Below are positions 22,927-35,295 of a DNA stretch of 58,405 nucleotides, in pieces. This DNA comes from Hydrurus foetidus (taxonomy: Eukaryota), in contig UYFQ01000213.1 of assembly GCA_900617105.1 (NCBI GenBank), positions 1 to 58,405 of the forward strand. Reading direction: 5' to 3'. Positions within the stretch are counted from its first letter, which is position 1. Each line of letters opens with the position of its first letter. Under the pieces are notes generated by a model. It was not told the DNA's origin. It did no database searches and saw only the letters and a list, made by a program, of their open reading frames with translations. Position numbers and translations under genes: made by a program.

Positions 22927-23155
22927 GGAGCAGAGTTGCAGTGGAGTCCAAGCTGGATCAGACCCTTGGCATGGTTCGGGTGAAGGGAATTCTGACCCAA
23001 GGTCCGCCCCAGTACCCGAGTGTGGTTCGGCGGTCCGAACACCAGGGGAGGGCGGACGGGTGAGCCCAGGCGCGCAAGCGCACCCGCTTTGTAAGATAAC
23101 ACTGTGTTTATTTCCCCCATAGGAAAATCTCCCCCATAGGGACTCAACTCAGATA

Positions 23156-23494
23156 CCGTCGAGTGCCATACATTTGGTCTGTGTTTTGGTATTACTTTTT
23201 TTTTATCACGGTCAAAATCACTGAAAACTTTCGGGTCGAAAATAATTGATGCCTATCAAAATCACCGTTTCCACCACGAAATGGACGATTTCAGACACCA
23301 AATGCTGCTGAAGCGCGCAACAGTTGCGCGACCTACATAGCGGATCATGTGTGAACAGAGCTCATTTTGAAGATTATAGAAGAAAGTTGAGTTGGGCTTC
23401 GTTGATATTCTCGAGAAGTCCAAAAATGACCATATTTTGGCCTTTTTTGGAAAAAACGGAAAACTCCAGAATCCAAATGTATGGCACTCGAGGG
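23156..23494. mobile_element. MITE (339 bp) related to the pogo-like element at 4642-8370
   Basis: 22-bp TIRs CCGTCGAGTGCCATACATTTGG (1 mismatch), TA flanks; the first 15 nt are identical to the 4642 TIR. Confidence 0.88.
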
Positions 23495-23754
23495 TAGCGG
23501 AATAGAACCAAAAGAGCTGAAAAAAGAGAGGATCTGGACAAAACCCTAGTTGATACGCGCCCCCCCCACAATATACGCTGTACGGTACAGTACGTGTTCC
23601 TAAAATTTCACATCAGCCTTTGTGACAGTTACCGTACTTCATAGATATTGATGATACCCACCCACAATCTGCACCTTTATATTACGTGTGGCAAAATACG
23701 CTTGGCGACAGAATCAGCGATCGAAACTTCAGTCTGTCGCCTGTTGTACGCACG

Positions 23755-25200
23755 ATGCGTCCATCACTTTCTCGGCTGCAGATCTCCATCTCCGTCGTTC
23801 TTCTTTTCCTATTCTCGTCCTTGGGATCTCGAGCACCAAAAAACGGAACAGTTTTTGGTCAAGTCTCATCAACGAGGGTTGGCTATATGGAAAAAAGTGA
23901 TGAAGGGCCCAGGAAGAATCTCAAGATAGCAGTATGCCTGACAGGTCAACTTTTGCGTCTAGAAATACTCTCAAAAGTGCGCTACTTGATAGCGCATAAC
24001 GTTGTCAATCTGGGGCATAAGATAGACTTATTTGTTCTACTCGACAATGACAAATCGGCAGCAAAGCAAACTTTCTGGAGGCACGACTACTCTAATTCAC
24101 CTTATAGAAACATGACTACCCGCTCGCTTCGAAAGCATCTCGAAGAGGAAATAAAACTTTCTATCAGCAATTTGACGTCTCAGAGTACGGATCAGAATCG
24201 AGCGCGTACACGCTTTCATCCTACAGTTCGCGTAGATCTATCGAAGCTAACCCAGTCGAATTACACTATTCGGGATGGGAAGGTTCCAGTGGGCGATAAG
24301 ACGGGACCGAACGGAGAGGGACTGCCCACAGTTGGCGACTTCGAACCAGCGGCTGATAGGTTTCAGAACAATATGCGCTGGCTGGGGGGTTTGAGGAACT
24401 GTGTTAAATGGGTGGAGAAAACTGAATTTGAGCGGAAATGGTTTTATGATGTTGTGATTCGACTTCGTGATGATTCCTATTTCCTCGGTCCCTGGTCGAT
24501 TGATGCTACTACGTATAAAGGGGCTTTCGTCACGGCAGCTGTGGCGCCGAACTTTGGCGTCAATGACCACAATTTTGCTATTGATAGACGTTGGGCGGAT
24601 GGTGTATTTCGAGGAGTTATTGAGGACTATTACTTCAACGAGACTCTCGACATGTACTCCTGGCCGAACACAGAACACAGAATTTACAAAATCCTTACAA
24701 CTAAAGAAGTTCCTATCAGAACAGTCAGTGTATGCGATCATCCAGTAGCGCACTTGAGAGGCAGGATCAACGCAACACACTGGCGCCTCCATCCAACTTA
24801 CTCACAACTTATGGTGCGGGCATGTGAAGGCGATAATGGTTTTAAAGTAGAGACAAAGCCAGACGTCACCTCCGTACCTGTTCCAACTACCGTCACCTCC
24901 GTATCTGTTCCAACTACCGTCACCTCCGTATCTGTTCCCACTACCGTGACCGTTCGAGCTATCCCTGTGAAGAAACAGCCGTCATTATGGTGGAATGCAG
25001 TGCATTTCTTCGGAGCGTTTTATCCTTCTAAGTACGACATTCCTAGCTCAGTTGACAGAGAGAAAACTTCCGATGTACCGGATATGTCACGGGTCCCTGA
25101 GGAGTTTCTTCCTCTCAATACAGCCGAAGCAACCAAAAGCTGCTGCTCCCCCGAATGGGTTTCGACGCTACAATCAGGAAGCGTAAGAATCTCTTTGTAG
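23755..25200 (+). CDS. Hypothetical membrane-anchored protein, possibly glycosyltransferase-like
   Basis: Long ORF with an N-terminal hydrophobic anchor, KIAVCLTGQLLR and YDVVIRLRDD motifs, and a T/V/S/P repeat. Confidence 0.65.
   Translation: MRPSLSRLQISISVVLLFLFSSLGSRAPKNGTVFGQVSSTRVGYMEKSDEGPRKNLKIAVCLTGQLLRLEILSKVRYLIAHNVVNLGHKIDLFVLLDNDKSAAKQTFWRHDYSNSPYRNMTTRSLRKHLEEEIKLSISNLTSQSTDQNRARTRFHPTVRVDLSKLTQSNYTIRDGKVPVGDKTGPNGEGLPTVGDFEPAADRFQNNMRWLGGLRNCVKWVEKTEFERKWFYDVVIRLRDDSYFLGPWSIDATTYKGAFVTAAVAPNFGVNDHNFAIDRRWADGVFRGVIEDYYFNETLDMYSWPNTEHRIYKILTTKEVPIRTVSVCDHPVAHLRGRINATHWRLHPTYSQLMVRACEGDNGFKVETKPDVTSVPVPTTVTSVSVPTTVTSVSVPTTVTVRAIPVKKQPSLWWNAVHFFGAFYPSKYDIPSSVDREKTSDVPDMSRVPEEFLPLNTAEATKSCCSPEWVSTLQSGSVRISL
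24864..24951 (+). repeat. Coding minisatellite, 27 bp x ~3.2 (VTSVSVPTT)
   Basis: CGTCACCTCCGTA(C/T)CTGTTCC(A/C)ACTAC at 24864, 24891 and 24918. Confidence 0.9.
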
Positions 25201-26664
25201 AACTGCAAACTCCGTATTTTATTCCGAGATCTTTTCATTTATTTTATACATTGTTTCTAAATCTTCCTTTCCTAGAATACTTCACCCCACCATTTACCTG
25301 CTTAAAAGAAAAGTTTGTCGACGCGTGAATATGCAAATTATTGAAGACTTCGGTCTTCCCTCTGAAAAACGAGGACGACTGAACTTTTAAATTTTTAGAC
25401 TCCTATTTTACTGGTAATCATGGCGTAATTGGGTGACCCCGGAAAAGAAAAAATCTAGGATTCTATCGAAAATCTAGACGCTATACGCGATTATGAGTTT
25501 ACTTTTGATCGTTCAATAAAATCGAATCTGGACAGCGGACCCAGGATCCGGGATCCGAGACTTTTTATATTTTCAGATTCGATAACTAGGACCCACGACC
25601 GTGTAATTAATTCAAAATTCAAATCTTTTACGCTGGCTTCGAACTCCGAACTTTTTCTTCGCATCTCGTCTGTCGATTTTCTTCTTTTTATTCCGTATTT
25701 CTGTTCAAAATACCGCAATTTTTCTATCCCTCATACTGAAGTTTGTAAAGTCACCGATTTTGACTCATTTTCGTGTTTCTGATCGATGATGTGCGACTTT
25801 CTGTGCGACTCATAGGATCACTCTTTTGTTCGACTATTTCTCACCGTGCGACCGACCATGTCCTGCTTGTGCGACTGTGCGGTGCGACCCTATTTTTCGA
25901 GTCGGACACCAGACTTTTCACAGTACGATTTTCTCGGCTGATAGCTCAAAATGACCGGACGTCTCTGCTGAATCCGGCCACCTCGTTACTTTTTCGTTTT
26001 TTTGCTTTTCTGGGGGGTTTTGGCCGACTGAAAATCGGAGAAATTTTCGTTTTCCCCAAAAAAATCGCAGGAATACAAAAATCGAAAAAGCATCGAGAGG
26101 TGACCCTAGCAGAGATCACATCACACAGAACGCACTCACAACTTCAGATTCTCTAGATGTTAGAGAAACTCCGTCGGAAGTTTGGAATGAGCTGGTGCAC
26201 CGTCACAATAGAATGAGTGCCCAAATTGTACACCACTTTAAAAGATGTTATTTTAACCGAAAAAAATGGTTTTTTGCCGGCCGTAGGTGTGCTCTTTTTT
26301 GAGTGTAGAATTTGTCCGTACCGCATACCGGCTGGATGTTTGCGAGTTTCTCACCAAACTCAATTCTGTAAATTGCGTTCGGTTAAATTCACCAATATCT
26401 AGCTGCGCTGTGTGTCTGCCAGTCGAAAATTGTTTTCTGTACGTGTGCTACTTTTCTAATTCGAAAAATAGTGAGTATTTTCGAATTCGGAATCGATGCC
26501 CAACAACTGTCGCGAGTACAGAATTTCAAGCTGAACACGAATATCGAAACGGTTTGTTCAAATTCGTTGAAATTGAAAACATCCTTCCGGTTCCATTTTG
26601 AGTGCAAAAACGCGATTTTTTGGGTTTTACGATTTTTCTACCGGTGAAAAAAAAGAGCACGGCT

Positions 26665-29600
26665 GGGCGGCGCAGTCTTATCTAGAATAATCACGTCCTA
26701 CTGGAAATCCCCGGACTCGAGATGGGCAAAACTTGTTCTCATATGCACAACTTCCACAAAGTCGAACTCGAGACCTCTGCACGCAGCGCTCAGTGACCGA
26801 CCACTATACCATTGGTGCTGTGGTTATGGATAACTATAGAAAATAAACTGACAGTATAATTTTGAGACATTCCACTTTAAAATTGAAGAAACTGCTGATT
26901 TTTTGCCGACCACTCAAGTATTATTTTCTCAGCGAGTACTACTAGCCACAGTTTTTTCGTTTTTTCTCTTTAAATACAAGTCTGATGATGATTCTGAGCT
27001 CATCTCGTGATCATCTTGATTTGTTGACTATTTCTGGTAGAGGACGCCAGTGGGACCCAGACCTTTTTTTTTTAAATTCGGAACTAGAACCGTAATTAAT
27101 GAAAAATTCCGGAACCTTCACGCATGAATACCGGATAAAATATAGATGGTTCTTCCCTGAGATGTGTACCGTCGCTCTCATCACGACATCACATCATCAC
27201 ATCACATATCATACACTTTGGCGATATCACAATCAAGGTTTCAAGGTTGATTGTAAATCTGCGTCTACTGAATCCAGTGTTCGAGCAAAATGTCAGTCTT
27301 TTTGTTCGCTGTTGTGGATCCAGATATTGAATTGCCGCCGTCGTCAATAACTTACGTTCGGGCGAAAGTTTCTTTTCCTCCCGAGTCGAACTTGATCGAA
27401 GTTTTCATCATTTTGTCCTCGACTACTTTCAGCCACCTCCCACACTTGGTATCTCGCGGTCTAGATCTGGTGATTCTTAATGGCAAATTGGCAGATAGCG
27501 AACAGATCATGTCCGTCTCAATTTCTGATTTGACGGAGCTTTGGCATTTATTACTTCTCGACTTCTCAAAGATTTTCCACGTAACTTTCCAGCTACATCG
27601 CAGTCAGAAAACTGTTCCAGTGGAAATAGAGACGGGAAAAGTCGCGCTATTCAACATGTTCCTATCACCTCCTGATCGAGCGTCAATTCGCGCCGCCAGA
27701 GAGGGCGAAGAAAAGGGGGATTTTTTACCGTTGTCTCGTTGTGAATGGTGTGCCCTAGATATACATCGCTCAGTTTCTCATCAACCTTTTTTAGAGAGGC
27801 AATGGGACTGTACCATTGATCTGCTTTTCAGAGCTAATGAGGTTCGGTTCACGAAGGCAGTTGTTCAGGACCGCAATCACGCACTGTACATCTTTTTCGA
27901 GAGATTTTGCTTGTTACTGAGCAGACTTAATTTTCGATGGTCCAAAATTGTAGCAGCTGATTCCAGTTTTGCGTCATGCTCTGTTTTGGGACCGTTTTTC
28001 AATTCACCTTCATTGCGCGGCTTTTCAAACCATGACGATGAAAATCAAATTGATAATAGAGGTACGATATTTTACAATCAAATAATTACTATAAGAATCA
28101 AACTAATTCGCACAATTATTCCATTAATTATCATAATTACTGTATTAATGAATTAGATTATTCATAAATTATTAATATTCATTATTAACTGATTAATTAG
28201 TTACTTACTTGATTATACTAATCATTAAACTAACTATTACTAAATCTACTTGAAAATTATTAACTCCATTTATTTGTTAACTCAATTAGGTTGTGACAAA
28301 ATCATTGAAAGTCTTAAAAGGATTGTCAGTTCTGACCTATTGTGTTATTGTATATGTCCCCCATGGACTAATATGAAGCTTCGATTTGATGCATTGATGC
28401 AGTTTCTGATGCGTCACAAAATTTCGAATTCTAGGAGAATAGTAAGTAATTGGAAGAAAACTGAGAATCAATTCGAACGTAGAGCTTTGATTGAGTTAAA
28501 CAGCTATTGTTGGACTACCTCAATGCACATCGAGATGATTCATTTAGGTCCTTTCTGTCCAGTTGGACCCAATTATGTCGAGGTGACAAACGCCTTCGCA
28601 AAGGCTGCAGAGTATGAATATTTGGCATTGCAACCGAGTACGGTCGTAAGAGCTCACACTGAACTAGGCCTTTTGCTTCAGAGAGAGAAATCACAAGAGC
28701 AGTCAATGGGATTTCTATTGACAGATGGTGGACCGGAACACAATTTGACATTCCTGTCAGTACAAATTGGTCTAATACTTATGTTCCGTATGCTAGAATT
28801 CGATCAACTTATAGTTGGAAGGTCATGCCCCCAGAATAGCTGGACAAATGAAGTGGAGAGAGTTATGTCGAATCTCAACTTGGCTCTTTATAGTATGTGC
28901 TTCACACGATTACCTATGCGCATGAGTGATAAAGGCTCAAGTTCAGCGAGCATGGAATCTAATGAAAATGATACAGAATGGTTAGAGCAGCATTGGAGAT
29001 CTTCTAATGGCTTATCTGGGCTTAGGGAAAGACTAGAAGCTAACGTGGATTTTCATAACGCAGCTATGGAGTCAATTGGAGGTGCATGCGAAGAGATGGC
29101 TCTAAGATTTCAAAACTTAGTGTGGGCTGATAATGAGATAAAACGTGGATATATTGCAGGCAATTCAGATCTATGTGAATTTGTACAATCCTTATCATCT
29201 CTAGATCCAGCCACAGGAGAATATTTAGTACCGAATTTCAAACAATCAGATGTATTCACATCAAATAAAATGAAGGAACTATACAAAAAACCGAAGAGTG
29301 TAAACGAGTATATTTCAACGCACTGTTTCAAATCTGCATACACTTTTCAGATCAAAGCAGTCTGTTGGAAAGTGACAGCAGTAGAGGAAATCAAGTCAGG
29401 TAGAAATCCAGATGACTTCATTGGTGAAAGCCATCCATCATGTCCCTTCAATTGTCAACGGCCTCAGCAATTGCTCTCTTTGTTCGCTCTCTCTGAATTC
29501 ATGCCTTGTCCAGTTAAAGATATTATGAGTAAGAAACAAAGTTCTGAATACTTGCCGTATTCTTTGGCGAAATATCGAATCGACAATGGCGAGTCAAATG

Positions 29601-30853
29601 CTGGGGACAAATATGTCCCGAGCCTAAGTGTTGTTGAAGCGAAAAGTAAATGGACAGTCTCCCCGGTCAATACCAAAGGTACACTATTTTTATATGGTTG
29701 TATTAATCTTCATACCCAACCGACGTGTCACTGAAATTATATCTTTTATACTTATATTATAGGTGCTGAAATTAAATCATCATCTTTATGTGTCATCAAG
29801 AATCTGTACACAACGATAAGATGCAAGAACTGTGGCAAACCTAGATCGGTTTTTCTCGTGGGAGGAACGAAAATAAAAGAAGACGATAAATCTCAGGTAA
29901 ACGCTTTCTTAGAAAATCAATCACAAACTTACACTTGTGGTACGGATTTTTCAGAATCAGCATCATCGGTGCAAGTTAGTAAGGCTTGTATTCGTCCGTA
30001 TTGTCAAACGTATTCTGGATACTTATCAGTGAGCTGTCTACACTCAGTAGATGAGAAAGTATACAAATTGGATCAGCACAAAAGGACTTGTTCTCAATGT
30101 GGTGATAGTTCCTCGAATCCTATTGTTGCAAATCAATTTCCACTATGTGCCGTGTGCCACGAGAAAGGCTGGCCATATAAATCATTCACAGTTATCGCAA
30201 AGAGAACGTATGCAAAGAGAGCGAAAATAAATAACGATGGAGGAGAGGCAGATGAAGATGAAGATGTAATTGAAGAGATAGAGACTCGAGATAATAACGA
30301 CAATGATAATGATGACAATGATGAAATGAATGAACATGTTAATGATGAGGATATAGAAAATGTAAATGAAGCGGAGAGCAATACTTTGCAGGACAACAAC
30401 CTTGCTGGTATCATCGTTGAGACTGATTTAGTTAGCGGATCGAAGAAGAGGAATAAAAGGAGTAAGAAAACAGACGCTAAAAACCTAGTTTGTAACTCTG
30501 ACATTGATTTTTTAAATATGCACGGAACAGGGGAATTCTCTTCGCTCCCTTGTAACTAGAAAAAATGGAATTATTGAAGAAACTAGAAAATAGAGTACGT
30601 AATAAATAAAAGTGCATTTACTTAATTTTTGAGAATAATTATATATAAAAAAGCCTTGTATAATTCTTTTTTCAAAATTCTTTCATATGGTGGCACCACA
30701 ATACATACACGCTTCGGGCATTCTCACTCTCAGTCCTGAAAAATGTCTATTTCATGCCTTACAAAAAGTTTTGCATTTTTGAAAAGTTTTGCCTATATCC
30801 CCCTTAGGCAAAAATTTTAGGACGTGATTATTCTAGATAAGACTGCGCCGCCC
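26665..30853. mobile_element. Segment bounded by a perfect 36-bp inverted repeat and containing a Zator-like transposase gene
   Basis: GGGCGGCGCAGTCTTATCTAGAATAATCACGTCCTA (26665-26700) and its reverse complement (30818-30853); no TSD identified. Confidence 0.7.
27290..30559 (+). CDS. Three-exon Zator/TP36-like transposase-derived protein (~985 aa); exons 27290-28061, 28290-29678, 29763-30559
   Basis: Both GT-AG introns join the three ORFs in frame. Motifs: QPSTVVRAHTEL, LTDGGPEH, PQNSWTNEVERVMS, C-terminal CKNCGKPR/YTCG/CSQC/CAVC and an acidic tail. Confidence 0.7.
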
Positions 30854-32628
30854 TGGGGCGGGTGACTCTTTTTTTTTTCAAAACCGTAAAAGCGGTTTCT
30901 TGGTGTCAGCCCGTACGGTAAGGAAAAAGCCGTACTACTGTAACGGTTTCGCCGAGAGATAGGATGCTGGATGCTGTACGATGTTCTGTGTGACATTGTG
31001 ACACAACCTTTCAGAGGCAATTGCCATGAGATTCCACAGTTTCTAATCGCGAAAGGCGTGAATTTTCCATCTGCGAGAAGCAGTTTGTTGGGACTGCATG
31101 ATCGTCGATGAGAGCTTGTGATCGACTCTGAAGATAACGTAACTATCGATGTCTGATTTTCTGGACTGGAAGATCCTTGATCAGACTCAAGTCCAGCTAC
31201 TGGAGGCAGAGAATGATATCAATAATTTAAGAAGGTGCAAGTAGTACCCATCATCAGAAATGGCATGCTTTGGCAGATTACTGTAGTAGTGAAGACCCTC
31301 TAATTACTTCCTGACTTCTGGACATTTTCGCTGATCATTACACCTCAGCAAGCTGGAGGACTTCTTGAAAATTTCTTATGACTGTCAAAAGAAACGAGAT
31401 ATTGCTGTGGATTTTCATCTTTACAACTACGTGTAAGATTCTGGATCTTCCACTTTGATTTAATGCAATGCACCGCAATATCATCATCTTTTACACCTCT
31501 TCAATTACTCTCCACTTCAGGTTCTGCAAGGAGCAGGCGTTTGACCATCGTCGCACATCAACATTCATATCTATTATGGCTGAAGTCTTAAAATGTGATT
31601 CGGCAGCATATTCCCCAGCGCACAACCGCGCTGTCAGCTTCCTAGGATTTCAGAAATTGATTTTGAAGCACAGCATTCAAAGATCACCGAAGAGGTAAAT
31701 CTGGCTCGCAATTTATTAAAATGGCCTACGATTTTATGCAACAAATTGAGCATCGCTTTAAATAATAACAGCATCGAGATATTCAGTGAAGAAGACGTCC
31801 ATGCTATCGTCAAGTATGCAACAGAAAGGTGACCTATCGATTTTCCTTGAACAGTAAACATCTTCATGATATGCGCTTCTCATGCACATATCGATTTTTT
31901 ACTCCATCCAGTAATATGACTGCATTTTTTCTCCTGTGTAGCTACTACCGTCGGTACAACTTATACAAGTTCGTGTTCTCCAGCAAATTGAGAGTTGTCA
32001 TACGTCAGTCGCTTCCTCATGCAGTAGAGCAGCCTTCCGGACCAATATTACCATTGAATAGTGCCTTTCAAGTATGTGACTCCACATCTATTGCTGGAAG
32101 TGTAGGCACGACATCGCCCATCAGCCTCACATGAAGTGAAGCGAGATGGACGTCCTCACATCGTACTGGTGGTTCGTAACTCATCTTTGGGTCAACCAAC
32201 TGAAGAGTGAAGTCTATAAATTGGATGTACGGAATATCACTGCAAGCACCAGATCAGTCCGCAACAGTACTAGTCAGCTGTCGTTAGTCAGTTGCAGTCA
32301 CCTTTCTGACCCGACGTGTTACTTGATCGTCTCATTCGTCATGGAAGTAGTCAATACATCTACTGTAGAACTGCTGACTAGCTCTCGTGAGTTGTCTGTA
32401 CAATGCACTCAACAGAATACAAATGGGATTGCTCTTTCCAAAAGATATCAGACTCTTTGTTTACGTTGACATTTTACATATTCACATTGTAGACAAACTC
32501 CCCACATTATAACCAACTCAGTTTTCTGACGAAATGACTGATGAATTAGCTCGAATGCACGGCATCATACAATGTGATGACTCTAAGTCCTAAGCAGCTG
32601 CTGGGTTCTGTAATGTGAGGCAGCATTG

Positions 32629-33535
32629 TTACTTCGACTTTTTAGTGGCTTTACCAGCTTTGGGCAAGTCAGCAGTAGAGACATAATCAAATGAATTATC
32701 GATCTTCAGCATTTTGTCAGCCTGCAACATCAGACGATCAAATTAAATGGCATTCAGAGAAATCATATCCGCTGCGAGGTAAAACAAGAACGTACCTCTT
32801 TTCCATTCATGCCCTTCTTTGAGGTGAGATATTTCTTAACGGTCCAAATATTGTCTGTCCACCTATTCGCCTGCTCCATGTTGTGATTTGATGCAGCGAG
32901 CACTCTCTTCACCTCATTAGGGTCATTGGCTTTTCCAGCCAGTAGAATGCTGTCGTACTCCTTATCTTTGCTCAGAAGTTCTTCATACTGCATTAATTTA
33001 GCCGCACGATCATCCCCGCATCGATTGATCTTTTGCTGATCAATTTCACTGCGGATTTCCTCAATCACAGAGTTGCATCTACATATTTGATCAGCGACTC
33101 TCTCTTTTTCGTTCTTTTTATCTTGTGTTGCTTTGCTTGGGAATGACCAGAAGAAGTTCGCGCTACCTATTTTATCACTTTAGATCAAAGAACTTGTAAG
33201 AACTCTTATTCTATCGCTTCTATTGAATCACCACCCTGCATTTACAGTGTTGAATCTAGAGGCGGCTATTATGGTTATCGAACCTTAACACAAGAAAATC
33301 ATCGATGAGCGATTGATTCATATCCTTAATTGTTTGTTGGACAACGCCCTTGAAGGAAAATATATTCGATCCATAAGACTGGCATATGTGTATGTCTCGC
33401 AACAGAATACTGCAAAACCTGCTTGCTGGCGATGAGCTCGATCTCCTTCAAGTTAAATGGCTCCTTTCTGTCATGATAAATTTTAAGAATGACCCGCCGC
33501 TTATCATCAGCGGACATCCCCTTCCGCTTACTCAT
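32629..33535 (-). CDS. MND1: Meiotic nuclear division protein 1 (4 exons)
   Basis: MSKRKGMSADDKR, FNLKEIE, SDKIGSANFFWSFPSK and ANRWTDNIW joined through GT-AG introns. Confidence 0.93.
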
Positions 33536-34082
33536 TGTGTCTGTGCACTGCAGGGAATATTGCTCGTCCTATCCGACTACTCCCACAGGTTCTCTGCGCT
33601 GACAACTCAGAGCTGCACAATGCATGACCATCTTCAGAAGCATTCCTACTGATGTGCTCATGTTGATTTTGGAACATTTGAATTCAAATTATTGAAAAAC
33701 CAAAGTATGTACGTACGCTCTAAAGTGATGACGGCTTTCGACATAAAAAAAGATGGAACGGCCCAAAGGACATTTTTACCGGTTCCACAACAACCAGTAC
33801 GATTGAAGTACGTCACCGAAGTTTTAGTCGTATCCATCACCTTTTTTTTGCTTTTTTTACTGTTGATCTCTCCTACTACGACTCGATTCCCAGATTCCTA
33901 ACGACTTGTCATACGATAAATTCATCGTTCATTCCTCCGAAGAAAGTGTTCAGTAGAGTACTTGAACACTTCACAACTTCAATTTCACATTTTATCTGAA
34001 GAGTCACTCACAACAAGCAGCTTTCACAAAAATCCCGCAATCTAGCGCCGTCTTCAGTTCCAGTTCTATCAGTCTCTCCAGA

Positions 34083-34936
34083 ATGAGATCCCTCAACTAC
34101 ATGTTCATCTGCATGTCCTGCGTATTGAACTGGTTCGCTTACGCCTACAAGCCATTAGGAAGTTTGTTCTCGAAGAAAGTTCTTAAGAAGAATTCAATGA
34201 TTCGAGCTATTTCTGGGCTGATTCAGTCTGTGTCGATAACATCTCTCAGAACCTTCAACCAAAGGGATTTCAGCTTGAACATGGTCGCGGTGAGTGACAT
34301 ACGCAGCTTGAGAATCATGATGCGTTGATTCAGAGGAATATTTTTCATCGTGAATGTGACTACTCCCTGCTTACCTTGACAGGCTCCCTGTTCATCTGTT
34401 ATGTCGTGTCTCAGGATCCTTCACTCGCTTGATGAGGATGAATTTTCTAAAAGATCTCATCTTTGATAACCTTAATCACTGTGCAGTCACTTAATTGAAT
34501 AATACGTTTTATGCCGTTGCTAAATTATTCTCTTCATTTATTACCTTAGAGCACATTCGGCGGAGGGTCAAACAAGGGTCAAGTAAACTTCGACACGAAC
34601 TCGTTTTTAAACTGGTGGTTTGGTAACAAAAAAAACACCGATGTTCCACCGTTAGACATTAAAGTGCCTTCTACTGGCGCTCAAATACATCAAATCAATT
34701 TACGCGAGACGACACTTAGTGCAGTTCCTACAGCATCCGTTGGAATAGAGCGCACGTATGAAAATACCAAAATTCATAAATCTTCTGCAACAAACGTTGC
34801 CAGAAGCACTTTAGACAGCCCCACTTTCCTGGCTGGATATATGGACTTTGACCCCATGGTTGCGGCCACCAGAAGTCATTCAACTTCTGCGCATCACAGG
34901 GGCCGCCGGACGTCATGGTTCAATCGTAGTGATTAG
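34083..34936 (+). CDS. Hypothetical spliced gene with a signal-peptide-like N-terminus; exon structure unresolved
   Basis: ATG ORF with a hydrophobic leader, splice-like sites and a downstream ORF at 34664-34936. Confidence 0.3.
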
Positions 34937-35295
34937 ATTTATTATCAATTGCTGAGCGCAATTGGCACAAATGCACATACTGAAACTTACACATGTATAT
35001 AAATAATTGTAGCCGCTTGTGAATAATCTCCACACACACCACATCTATCGCAAATAGACGTATAATTGCATAGCTCACTGTACAGGACAAGTTATCACCG
35101 CTGTCCGCTGTAAAATAAAATCCGTTCTTGTAAAAAATAAGGAAATTTGGTTTCATCAAAAACAGAGGCGAAGGTTATACGCTGTACACTATGACAACAG
35201 ATTGGGAATACTCACAACAGAGACAGTAGTTATACAAAATTTACAGAATAACCGGACCAAAACAGTTACTTTAGGCCGTAATACACTTGATAAAT

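Larger units (their letters stand above)
16908..23143 (+). mobile_element. Tyrosine-recombinase retrotransposon (DIRS order, Ngaro/PAT-like gene order); boundaries tentative
   Basis: gag-like, RT-RNase H and YR ORFs in tandem; GC-rich relative to flanks; no LTR or DDE integrase; ATAGGGAC repeated at 16914 and 23136. Confidence 0.85.
15986..23548. mobile_element. hAT-type non-autonomous element hosting nested insertions
   Basis: TIRs TAGGGCTTTGTCCAGCTCC and GGATCTGGACAAAACCCTA (17/19 match); perfect 8-bp TSD GTTGATAC (15978-15985 and 23549-23556). Confidence 0.85.

Noticed and set aside
31026..32470. Possible multi-exon host gene between the Zator-like element and MND1
   Set aside because: Coding-like composition, but I could not build a consistent exon chain or recognise a product
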